Shown here: one piece after another, positions 11,801 through 22,946 of the stretch
Position numbering within the stretch: position 1 is the first letter of the stretch
Layout of the letters: each line of letters begins with the position of its first letter
Assembly (NCBI GenBank): GCA_002269645.1
Contig: NIVC01001493.1
Location: 215,053-279,052 of the forward strand
Direction: 5' to 3'
DNA from: Macrostomum lignano
Lineage: Eukaryota
DNA length: 64,000 bases
The notes under the pieces: model-generated
Database searches by the model: none
Seen by the model: the letters and a program-made list of their open reading frames with translations, nothing else
Told to the model about the DNA's origin: nothing
Position numbers and translations under genes: made by a program

Positions 11801-14800
11801 CAAGAACCGAGCAGATTGAGAAGATCTGCCAAGAATGGCACAGAGACAAGATCTGCTAAGTTTGAGAAACAGAATATCCTCTAGGGAAGTCTCCAAATTT
11901 CATCAGCAAGTGGACCACGTGTGCCTGCATCAGCTCCGACTTCGTTGGTTACTGGCCTTCACCCAGGCGGAGCTTCTGGACCTTCATTCAACAGATGGCA
12001 CCAGGTGACTGGTGTGGATACCAGCTGTTGCAAATTTGATCTCTGGTCAAGCCTCGACAGTGGACAAGCCTCAACTGCTAGACATCCCTAGCTAGTCTCT
12101 CAAGCATTCGATCGTCATGCAAACGGATTCGCCTCCTTCAACGATTGACACCAGGCAACTATTTATAGAAACCGGAAGCTATAGTCTATGGCCAAGCCTG
12201 CAAATTTAAAGCGTCCTCTTGTTCGCACTACGGCTCTCTTCGGTCGCAATGTTGACACAATGTTGAGCAATCTAGGTGTCTTAAGACCGAACAAACCATG
12301 CACTCAGAGGCCATTTTCTCTGCCACCAAAATTGTCCCGAAACCACCTCATTTGGCTAAAGAAGGGTGGCGCGCCAAAACTCGATTTGTTTTCCTATGTG
12401 AGCGTTCGCTTATCCATCTTATTTTGCCGGATCAATTGTGAACTGAGAGTTGGCTAGAGCTGGTGCAGCCGCAGTCTTAGTGGAGTCTGATTGCCTTGTT
12501 GTGAAATTAGGAGTGGCAGGCGTGGCCAACAAGGATGCTGCAGTGATCGTGCCGTGCAGAGAAATTATCGAGCAGCTCGCCAAGTAATGTTATAGTAAGC
12601 AGATCGATGAGTTGAAAAGCTGAACAGTTGTGTCGGCTTTTTGTGCGGCGTGCTCATCGAGCTGAGAGAGGGAGTGTGCGGGGAGGGTGAGAGAGGGAGT
12701 GTGCGGGGAGGGTGAGAGAGGGAGTGTGCGGGGAGGGTGAGAGAGGGAGTGTGCGGGGAGGGTGAGAGAGGGAGTGTGCGGGAGGGTGAGAGAGGGAGTG
12801 TGCGGGGAGGGTGAGAGAGGGAGTGTGCGGGGAGGGTGAGAGAGGAGTGTGCGGGGAGGGTGAGAGAGGGAGTGTGCGGGGAGGGTGAGAGAGGGAGTGT
12901 GCGGGGAGGGTGAGAGAGGGAGTGTGCGGGGAGGGTGAGAGAGGGAGTGTGCGGGGAGGGTGAGAGAGGGAGTGTGCGGGGAGGGTGAGAGAGGGAGTGT
13001 GCGGGAGGGTGAGAGAGGGAGTGTGCGGGGAGGGTGAGAGAGGGAGTGTGCGGGAGGGTGAGAGAGGGAGTGTGCGGGGAGGGTGAGAGAGGGAGTGTGC
13101 GGGAGGGTGAGAGAGGGAGTGTGCGGGGAGGGTGAGAGAGGGAGTGTGCGGGGAGGGTGAGAGAGGGAGTGTGCGGGGAGGGTGAGAGAGGGAGTGTGCG
13201 GGGAGGGTGAGAGAGGGAGGGAGAGGGAAAGTGGGAGGGGAGAGTAAGAGAGGGAGTGTGGTAGAGGTAGAGGGAGCGAAGGAAATTAAAAGTGAGTGAG
13301 GGGGAGAGTGGGAGATGGAGGTTGAGATTGAGAGTGAGAGAGGGAGAAAGAGAGAGAGGGAGAGAGAGAGTGAAAGAGGGAGAGTGAGAGAGGGAGAGTG
13401 AGATAGGGAGAGGGAGAGGGAGAGGGAGAGAGGGCGAGGTAGAGTGAGAGAGGGAGTAGAGTGAGATAGAGTGAGATAGATAGGGAGAGTAGAGTAGAGT
13501 GAGATAGGGAGAGGAAGAGGGAGAGGGAGAGAGGGAGAGGGAGAGTGAAAGGAAGAGGGATCAGAGTAAGAGAGGGAGAGGGAGAAACGAAGGTTGAGAT
13601 TGAGAGGGGAAAGTGAGATTGAGAGGGAGAGTGGGAAAGGGAGAGGGCAAGGGTGAGAAATTGAAAGAAGGATACACATCATTAAGGGAATAAATGCTGA
13701 GATCTGCAGCTCTGTTAAGACCATGACCAGATCGAGTTAGGCAAAAGATCGCAGCCAATGAGACAGGAAAAGACAAATTTACTTTCCAAGAACGGATCGA
13801 TTCCTCCAGTCGCGTGCCGCGCACAACGCAACGCTCAAAAATCTCAGTGAAAGTGCAATTCAATTAGATGGCTGCGTCATAATTGCATTAGCAAGTCAAA
13901 TTCACCAGATTGATGGCTGTTTCGCTTTTTGGGAGCTGCCGTCTCCTGGAGGGCAGACGATATCTCGTAAGATGCCTAATTTGAAAGAAACTTCTTCGCA
14001 AAGAAAAAAAAACTTGAGAGTAAACAGCGAAAGTTCGTTTAGATGATTTCATGAAAACGTTTGTTCAATTCAAGATGAAGAATACCAGATTCAGAATCCT
14101 TTCAGGCTATCAGGGAAATGAAAGGTTAAATGAATTGCATAGCACAATGGCTTGAAAATAAAATATTGTAACTCCAGTCAGACACCCACACTCCAGTCAG
14201 ACACCCACACTCCAGTCAGACACCCACCCACTCCAGTCAGACAGCAACCCCACTCCAGTCAGACACCAACCTCACTCCAGTCAGACACCAACCCCACTCC
14301 AATCAGACACCAACCTTACTCCAGTCAGACACCAACCCCACTCCACTCAGACACCAACCCCACTCCAATCAGACACCAACCCCACTCCACTCAGACACCA
14401 ACCTCACACCAGTCAGACAGCAACCCCACTCCACTCAGACACCAACCCCACTCCACTCAGACACCAACCCCACTCCATCCCCAGGGTTCGGCATGACCAC
14501 GCCACGCACCATCGCCGGAAAGGCCCTGGTGATCTGGTACGGCTTCCTTGGCTGCTCAGGAGCCATCCTGTTCTTCAACCTGTTCCTGGAGAGGATCATC
14601 ACCTTCTGGGCGCTGATCCTCCGCCAGCTGCACCAGCTGTCCAGCCGGCTCAAGGCGGCTCGCAAGCGTCGGCGAGCACGGCAGTCAGGTGAGCTGCAGT
14701 ACGAAACGGCCACCGTGACAGCGGCGGCTACCGCCCAGTCGTCAGCAGCCTCACCGTCGGGACCGTCAACAGACAAGACCGTCGGAGAAGGCTCAGCCGA

Positions 14801-16167
14801 CTCGCTAGACAGCTGGAAGCCTTCAGTGTACAAGGTGCAATTCCTGCTGCTGTGCACCGCCTGTGGCATCGCATGTACAGCCTCGGCCGTGTACCAACCC
14901 GTTGAGTCGTGGACCTACTTCGACTCGGTGTACTTCTGCTTTGTCGCCTTCTCGACCATTGGATTCGGCGATCTGGTGGTCAGCCAGCGGTCGGATTACG
15001 CATTTAGCACGCTGTACCGTGTGGGCAACTTCTGCTTTCTGATGCTGGGCTGCTGCTGCATCTATTCCTTCTTCAACGTGACCTCCCTGGTGCTGAGAAC
15101 CATGCTGGACAGGATGATCCGGAGGCTGGACTGTCGGTGCACCAACTGCCTGCGGCCCAAGGCCAAGATGAGGACGCTGCCGCCGCCGCCAAGGTTCAGG
15201 AGGAATGCCATCACGGAGAGAGACGTGGAGGAGCAAGTGAGCCCCAATAACCACTCTATCATCGCCCCAAAATCCACTCTATCATCGCCCCAATACCCAC
15301 TCTATCATCGCCCCAATACCCACTCTATCATCGCCCCAATACCAACTCTATCATTCCAATCACTCCAATACCCAATCAAGAATCGCCCCAACACCCAGTC
15401 AAGAATCACTCCAATACCCAGTCAAGAATCACTCCAATACCCAGTCAAAAATCAGTTCAATACCCAGTCAAGAATCAGTTCAATACCCAGTCAAGAATCA
15501 GTTCAATACCCAGTCATGAATCACTCCAATACCCAGTCAAGAATCGCCTCAATACAGTCAAGAATCGCCCCAACACCCAGTCAAGAATCACTCCAATACC
15601 CAGTCAAGAATCACCCCAACACCCAGTCAAGAATCACTCCAATACCCAGTCAAGAATCACCCCAACACCCAGTCAAGAATCGCCCCAATACCCACTCTAT
15701 CGCCCCAATACCCAGTCAAGAATCGCCTCAATACCCAGTCAAGAATCGCCCCAACACCCAGTCAAGAATCGCCCCAACACCCAGTCAAGAGTCGCCCCAA
15801 CACCCAGTCAAGAATCGCCCCAACACCCAGTCAAGAATCGCCCCAATACCCAGTCAAGAATCGCCCCAATACCCAGTCAAGAATCGCCCCGATACCCATC
15901 GCGCAGGCCAAAGACGCGGTTCACGAGGCCCGGAGGCTCAAGCGCCAGTCGTTCGACTCGAATTACGACTCGGACCGGTCGGACTTATCCGACGAGCTCA
16001 TCTGCATGCAGGACTTCCTGCGACCCAACAAGGTGCACCTCATCCAGCTGCAGAAACAGCTGTTCGAGACCGCCCAGCGGGCGCGAGAACCCGACGACGG
16101 TTTCAAAGGCGGCGTTGGTCCGCTGGCTGTGGTCAGTCAGAAGTTCGACGCTGAACCGGCGTACTGA
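6527..16167 (+). CDS. KCNK13: Two-pore-domain potassium channel, THIK subfamily (KCNK12/KCNK13-like), 455 aa; exons 6527-6881, 14485-15236, 15907-16167
   Basis: THIK-diagnostic DNARFLLLA in M1. P1 is WDYSGSFYFVGTVVSTIG|FGMTTP, split by a phase-1 intron. P2 is WTYFDSVYFCFVAFSTIGFGDLV. The C-tail ELICMQDFLRPNKVHLIQLQKQL...FKGGVGPLAVV matches the KCNK13 tail. All splice sites are GT-AG and in phase. KCNK12 versus KCNK13 orthology cannot be resolved from this. Confidence 0.93.
7066..8997. repeat. 1.9 kb compound (GA)n/(GT)n microsatellite in KCNK intron 1
   Basis: Directly visible. It is the source of the spurious SL/ER-repeat ORFs. Confidence 0.97.
9642..9890. repeat. (GAGAG)n purine-rich microsatellite
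   Basis: Directly visible. Confidence 0.9.
12663..13660. repeat. 25-bp G-rich minisatellite (GAGAGAGGGAGTGTGCGGGGAGGGT, ~22 copies to 13215) followed by a GA-rich tract
   Basis: Period 25 is visible from 12664, with occasional 24-bp variants. Confidence 0.95.
14170..14480. repeat. 22-bp minisatellite (CACTCCAGTCAGACACCAACCC) abutting the KCNK exon 2 acceptor
   Basis: About 14 tandem copies end at the CAG acceptor (14482-14484). Confidence 0.9.
15243..15900. repeat. Minisatellite filling KCNK intron 2 (CCCAGTCAAGAATCGCCCCAATA / CCACTCTATCATCGCCCCAATAC units)
   Basis: Tandem 23-bp-type units are visible between the donor at 15237 and the acceptor at 15906. Confidence 0.9.
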
Positions 16168-16267
16168 CTGTTTGTGAATGACCAATTCGTGTACTTTTAA
16201 ATTATCGACATACATGTATTAAACATTAATCTTATGCGTCATTAAGTGGCCATGGCGATAGTAGTAT

Positions 16268-16509
16268 ACACTGTATGTCCATGTAGGTTAACAGGTTGGC
16301 GCCGTTCTTCCTGTGTGTAACAGGTTGGCGCCACTCTCCCTGTGTGTGACAGGTTGGCGCCACTCTTAGTGTGTAACAGGTTGGCGCCATTCTTCCTGTG
16401 TATAACAGGTTGGCGCCACTCTCCCTGTGTGTAACAGGTTGGCGCCACTCTTCCTGTGTGTATAACAGGTTGGCGCCATTCTCCCTGTGTGTAACAGGTT
16501 GGCGCCGTT
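16268..16509. repeat. ~29-bp minisatellite (TAACAGGTTGGCGCCACTCTCCCTGTGTG) just 3' of the KCNK stop
   Basis: About 8 copies are visible. Confidence 0.9.
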
Positions 16510-17242
16510 CCGTAAGTTGATGATTTTGCGCTTCAGAAATTGTTGTTCGAAGTTACTTTTGTCTGACCTTTGCTAGTTACAATTTCATGGTTTGTATTCG
16601 CTAACTTATCAAAATGATTACATAAGTGGTCAAAGCTGTACACTTTCAAAGAATGCATACAATAATTATTAGTGCAATATGTATTGACAAAGTAAAACAG
16701 TATACAATGTCATAAATATGAAAATCTTTCTTTCCGTGCGAGTTTCTCAGACACTTGCTTTCTAATTGCTTAGAGTTTTCCAATGCGTTTAAAATTATCC
16801 GCCAGCAATGCTACTAAATTTTCATTATTAAGTAGACAAGTAGCGCATTTTACGGTCGAAAAATGAAATACTCGTAAAACATCAAAATATGTAGACTAAA
16901 ATATTGAAACGTGCACTCATCAACAAGAACCACAGTTGGGACAATGCGAGAAGCAATTAATATAATTTACCTCATCAAATAAACAAAAGCAATCAGATGG
17001 GGGCTGACAGTATTTCACTGCAGAGCAAAGCTTTCACAATGAAATCAGAACAAGCAGTATAAGGTAGAGAATGGCATCAAGGACTGCAAAATTTTACAGA
17101 CTTGCTTGCTTCAATACAGTATCATGATCTCCAGACTTTGCTTCAAGGGGTCATCAAGAAATTGCAACGCTAATATAAAGTGGCCTGCGTACAGGATTAC
17201 AGAATAAAGCTGTCCCTAAATATTGCGTCATTTAACTGAACT

Positions 17243-17895
17243 TTATCATCGCGCCAATACCCACTCTACAAGCGTATCATTACCCCAATACCCAGTCTAT
17301 CATCGCCCCAATACCCACTCTATCATTACCCCAATACCCACTCTATCATCGCCCCAATACCCACTCTATCATCGCCCCAATACCCACTCTATCATCGCCC
17401 CAATACCCACTCTATCATCGCCCCAATACGCACTCTATCATCGCCCCAATACCCACTCTATCATCGCCCCAATACCCACTCTATCATTACCCCAATACCC
17501 ACTCTATCATCGCCCTAATATCCACTCTATCATCGCCCCAATACCCTCTCTATCATTACCCCAATACCCACTCTATCATCGCCCTAATACCCACTCTATC
17601 ATCGCCCTAATACCCACTCTATCATCGCCCTAATATTCACTCTATCATCGCCCTAATACCCACTCTATCATCGCCCTAATACCCACTCTATCATCGCCCC
17701 AATACCCACATTATCATCGCCCTAATATCCACTCTATCATCGCCCCAATACCCACATTATCATCGCCATATACCCACTCTAGCATCGCTCCAATACCCAT
17801 TCAAGCATCGCCCCAATACCCAGTCCAGAGTCGCCCCAATACCCACTCTATCATCGCCTCAATACCCACTATCATTACCCCAATACCCACTCTAA
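17243..17895. repeat. 23-bp minisatellite (CCACTCTATCATCGCCCCAATAC)
   Basis: About 28 copies, with the same unit as the start of KCNK intron 2. Confidence 0.93.
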
Positions 17896-18146
17896 AGTGG
17901 CTCAATAGCCACTAAAAAAGCTGAGATACCAGCTGAAATATTTTCAAGCAAATAATTTCCTAACGTCCCAGCCATGTTACTTACAGTAGCAATGTAGCAT
18001 TATAGATATAACATGTCTTCAAAAAAATTTAACTTCTATTCTAAATTTATACATCAAAAGACACACAGAACAAAATCAGAAACGAACAGAAGAGGCCAGA
18101 GTATTATTCATAGGTAAAGTGTGAATCAATCAGCTCTCAGGTCTCG

Positions 18147-18878
18147 GGATTCTGAATGGGAGCACGAGAAATGCCCGCAGACGAATTGCCCGCCGAGATC
18201 TGCCCGCAGGAGATTTGCCCGTGGAGATTTGCCCGCCGAGCTTTTCCCGCGGAGATTTGCCCGCAGTGCATTTTGCCCGTGAGCGAATTGCCCGTGGAGA
18301 TTTGCCCGCCGAGAATTGCCCGCCGAGATTTGCCCGCAGTGCAATTTTCCCGCGAGTGAATTGCCCGCGAGCGAATTGCCCGCCGAGTTTTTTCCCGCCG
18401 AGGTTTGCCCGCAATCCTTTTTTTGCAGCGCATTTGGCAGCTAGATTCTGTCCATACATTGCTCCCCCCAAAATATGCATTTGATATGCAGTTACTATCA
18501 AATCGTTTTGATCGTGTAAATCTCTTTATTAAGATTAACACGTACTAAGCATTGGGAAGGCAATGCAGACAAAATCTGCCGCGTGGCCAAATGCGCTGCA
18601 GGAAAAAGGATTGCGGGCAAATCTCGGCGGGAAAAAACTCGGCGGGCAATTCGCTCGCGGGCAATTCACTCGCGGGAAAATTGCACTGCGGGCAAATCTC
18701 GGCGGGCAATTCTCGGCGGGCAAATCTCCACGGGCAATTCGCTCACGGGCAAAATGCACTGCGGGCAAATCTCCGCGGGAAAAGCTCGGCGGGCAAATCT
18801 CCACGGGCAAATCTCCCGCGGGCAAATCCCGGCGGGCAATTCGTCCGCGGGCAATTCTCATGGACCCATTCTGAATCC
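18147..18878. mobile_element. Foldback/MITE-like element; ~320-bp inverted arms built from ~15-bp GCGGGCAAAT modules, with a ~85-bp spacer
   Basis: 18147-~18470 is the near-exact reverse complement of ~18553-18878. Termini are GGATTCTGAATGGG / CCCATTCTGAATCC (1 mismatch). No TSD was recognised. Confidence 0.8.
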
Positions 18879-19139
18879 AACAGAAAATTACAAACTTGGT
18901 GAGCGACGCTTTTTGAGGGGACAAAAAGACACAAAAAATGACAGAATGAAGTTGAAGAAGCAACAAGTAAATAACTAGTATCAGAGTTTCACGAACCCGT
19001 AACCTACAGAAACTGTTTAGACAAACGCGTTGTGTGCTCCGGTTTATTATATTGTTACTAAACTGAAACACAAGTTATCACTGGATGTGTAAAGGGCACG
19101 ATGGATTAGGAATGACAGAAACATCAACAGATTAGAGCG

Positions 19140-19395
19140 TTTCGAGACAGACAGACGGACACAGAAGAGGCAGACAGACACCAAGGCAGGCAAAGAGACA
19201 CAGACATCTAGACAGATACAGACAGACAGATGGACAGACAGACAGGCACTAAGACAGACAGACAGACGGACGGACAGAAAGACAGACAGACACCAAGGCA
19301 GGCAAACAGACAGATGGACAGGCGGACAGACAGACAGACGACAGAAAGACATACAGACACAGAGGAGGCAGACAGACACTAAGGCAGGCAGACAG

Positions 19396-19429
<34 letters not shown>

Positions 19430-19502
19430 AGACAGACAGACAGGCAGACGGACAGACAGACAGGCAGACGGACAGACAGACAGGCAGACGGACAGACGGA
19501 CA
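19140..19502. repeat. (CAGA)n degenerate tetranucleotide microsatellite
   Basis: Directly visible. Confidence 0.9.
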
Positions 19503-19692
19503 CACTCACACAGACGCATGCAGTGAACGGTTCCATAGCCTACAGTAAGCATAGCGCAGACTTGAACAGCTAAATCAATTCAATCCAAGCCGTCAAAGCG
19601 TATAATTGGAAAACTATTAATAACTGAAGCAATCAATATAGAGAAATAGTTATAATCAAAGTTCAGTTTGGTACAAAGGCAAACTCCAGCCC

Positions 19693-21285
19693 TCACCGGA
19701 ACACGTACACAATGAGCAGCACCAGACACAGAGCCGTGACCCCGGCCACCACAATAGCATCGCGCCGCTTCCTCAGGTTGATCTTGTGAATCAGATTGTT
19801 CATAGTCGGGAACCTGGTCGCTACGGCGTTCAAACGATTCTGCACGCCTCGAACGACTCGATTCTGACCGAGCAGATTCTCTTTAACAGACATGGCCAAG
19901 TCGATCTGCTGGTCGGCCAGTCTCTCGCTAGACTTCAGCGACTCATTCTCGGACAGAATCAGGCCGGTCCGACCTTGAGCTCGGAAAGCGTTGATGTCGG
20001 TTCGAACCGAGCCGAGAAGTTCCTCTCGCTCCCTGGCAGCTTCAATGTTGTGCCGGGTGCGTTGGAACTCTTTCTGATAGTCGGTCAGGATGTCCCGGTG
20101 CCGCTGCAGGGTGTGCAGAGAGCCGGCGCCGCTTTCCACGCACTCGGTCATGGCTGAGTGGCAGGAGGACAGCTCGCCTGTGGGGGGGCAGGTAACTTTG
20201 AAGGTCATTCATTTCAAAATCAATGGATTAGTAGATTGTTTTCCGATAACGAGACTCTCGTGAGCCTGGAATTCCTGCGTTTTAGAGGTTGATCCAGGTC
20301 TTAGGTATTCTCTTTTTTAGGGTTAAGGAGAATTTCGGAACCTCAAAAATCGAGAGAAATTTCCGAACCTCAAGGATCAACGGCAATTTCTGATCGTCAA
20401 GGATCAAGGGGAATTCCCAAACCTTAACTTATCAAGTATTAAGGATCAAGTAGTCAAGGATCAAGGGGAATTTCTGATTATTAAAGATCAACGGCAATTC
20501 CTGATCGTAAAGGATCAAGGGGAATTCCGAAAGTTTAAGGATCAATGGGAATTCCCGAACCGCACAGATCATGGGGATTTTCCGAACCGCAAAGATCAAG
20601 AGGAATTCCTGATCGTCGAGGTCCTAGGGGAATTCCTAAACCTCAAATATCAAGGGGAATTCCCGAACCTCAAAGATAAAGGGAAATTCCCGATTATCAA
20701 ATATCAAGGGGAATTCCCGAACCTCAAAGATTAAGGGGAATTCCCGATCATAAAAAAAATCAAAGGGAATTCCCGAACCTCAAAAGATTAATGGGAATTC
20801 CCAAACCTCAAAGATCAAGGGAATTCCCGAACCTCAAAGATCAAGGGGAATTCCTGATCATAAAAAATCAAAGGGAATTCCCGAACCTCAAAACCTCAAA
20901 AGATTAATGGGAATTCCCAAACCTCAAAGATCAAGGGAATTCCCGAACCTCAAAAATCAAGGGGAATTCCTGATCGTAAAGTTCCCGGGGGAATATCTGA
21001 TTTTCAAATACAAAGACAAATGCTTGCTAGTTTCCTATGCTACTAAAATTCCAATTTCTCACACCCGCAACTCTCACTTAACAGACGCTCCACCTCCGCG
21101 CTCATAGAGGCCAGCATGTGACCGCCAGTTTCGCTGCCGCCGCCGCCGCCGCCGCGACCCGAACTGGCGCCCAGCTTGGACAGGCTGACCAGCTTCTGGT
21201 CTAGCGAGTTCTCCAGCTGACGCGCCCGCCGTCGAACTTCTTCCCAACGCCTCGCCTGCTGCGCCGGGCCGCTGGTGGCTTCCAT
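19693..21285 (-). CDS. GOSR1: Golgi SNAP receptor complex member 1 (GOS-28), ~230 aa; exons 21285-21078 and 20177-19693
   Basis: The translation includes WEEVRRRARQLENSLDQKLVSLSKL, HTLQRHRDILTDYQKEF, REREELLGSVRTDI and RFPTMNNLIHKINLRKRRDAIVVAGVTALCLVLLIVYVFR (C-terminal TM anchor), all matching GOSR1. The intron is phase-1 GT-AG. An alternative in-frame ATG lies at 21291. Confidence 0.95.
20330..20995. repeat. Intronic minisatellite built on the palindrome GGGAATTCCC (TCAAGGGGAATTCCCGAACCTCAAAGA)
   Basis: About 16 GGG(A/G)AATTCC cores are visible in the GOSR1 intron. Confidence 0.9.
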
Positions 21286-21527
21286 AAACATTTATTTATT
21301 AAATAAGTAATTATTTTTTAATCAGTTCAGGCGCCAATAATATTAATACTTGTGCAGCGCATGAAAGTGTTTGATATTGGAGCAATAGTTTGAATTCATA
21401 TTTTATAATTTTCACCATACATGGGATGGAATATATGGTGCTGATATTAATTTTATTCAAATGAAAGACATAACTTTAAAAAGCATATTTGCATAACAAA
21501 ATTAATATGACTTTAGTTACTTTACTA

Positions 21528-22431
21528 TGTAGTGAGCCGCTAGTTTATTGTTAGGCGTCGCCCTTGTCAGCTGTTCCCTCGCCTCCGCCCTGGGTTGCTG
21601 TCTGCCGCTGGTCAGCTTCCCGCCCCTCCCTTTCGCGTGTCTGCTGCTGCCTGTGGCCTGTTCTGGCCTTCTGCGTCTCCGTTCTCAGCCCCCAGCCTCT
21701 TGGCTGTGGGCTGTCTCTGTTTCGCTCCCGTCCCGTTTTCCCTGTCTTGTGAGCAAGTCACATGACAGTTCTTGCGTTCTTTGAGTCTTAAAGTGCAGTA
21801 AACATGTTTACTGCACTTGTTGGCCCTGTTTACCGGGTGAGTCACGTGCTTTCGGACCCCTCCCTTCTCTAAGGAGAGGAGTGACTCATGTTGCTAAAAA
21901 TAGCAACTGAGTCACAGCCGCGTGTACTCTGGCCGGGGACCTCAAGTGACGTCAGTTCTAAAAATAGAACAAGTCACGAGGTCTTCCGCACGCTTGTACC
22001 CTGCCCAAGACTCTCGAGTGACGTCAGTTCTAAAAATAGAACAAGTCACAAGGTCTGGAGCGTGGGAATTTCCCGGCTATAAATAGGAGCCCTCTCCCCC
22101 TTGTTTCCGTCAAGGAGTCTTCCTTTAGTTCTTGATTCCAGAGTTTTAAGACCCATGTGCATTAGCATCTGAACTGAGTGCCCGACTGCATACATTGAGT
22201 CTGTTCGTATTGGTCTGACTGAGACCCGACCAAAGCGCCCCAAGCCTACGAGAGACTAACTCAGCCCTCCCTCTGCCATCCAAGCCCGGCAGGTACTGCT
22301 GACGAGACGCCTTATACGTTGAGCTGCAAATCTGCACGTTGTGCTGTGTTCGTTGACTTCATTATTTCGTTCTAACGGGAAGCTCACCTCACCGAAGGCC
22401 GAGACCTGAAGGAACTGGTGGCAGCACTACC
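21528..22431 (+). mobile_element. Solo LTR-like element (~900 bp) immediately upstream of GOSR1
   Basis: Inverted termini TGTAGTGAGCCGC / GTGGCAGCACTAC, TATA-like TATAAATAGG at ~22077, and a duplicated enhancer-like block with TGACGTCA at 21947 and 22019. A related partial copy lies at ~27015-27037 + 30150-30466. No clear TSD. Confidence 0.6.
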
Positions 22432-22684
22432 TACGCTACTAAAGTTAAGAAGGCTTTTAAGTAAGAGGACGGAGCCCAAGTCACTGCGCTGTACAGCAGG
22501 ACAACCACAGGTACAACAACTAAAGCAGACTAAATTTGGCATATAATTTTTTCCTTGCACTATGCACTAATATTTAAAGTTGTTATAGCCCAAAACTAAG
22601 TTATGTTTGCTTTTTATAATATGCAATTGCATTGCAAAGGTTTTTATTTGCAAAAACCTACTATGAATTCAAATCTGCTTTTTG

Positions 22685-22946
22685 CATACACATTGGCCAA
22701 TCCGGCCAACCAAGGTAAGTTGCAAAAATGCCCACCCCAAAGAATACAGATGTAGTACTAATTAGATGATGAGGCATTTAGCCCTTATAAGACAGTTATA
22801 GTTACTTTTGCCATTTACCCAAAATTGCATTAATTTTGCTTTAGGGTTTTTTCACATGTAAGTTGCATTTTTGGATAAAAACTGTCACATTTTTTGTTAA
22901 AACTAAGTTGCATGGCCAAGCAAATTTTGGAGGTTGCGCATATATG
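22685..22946 (-). mobile_element. hAT-type MITE with a 28S rRNA-derived core, decayed copy
   Basis: Colinear with the 31841-32137 copy. Right TIR GTTGCGCATATATG (22933-22946); left TIR degenerate. The 28S-like segment is at 22757-22820 on the minus strand. Confidence 0.85.
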
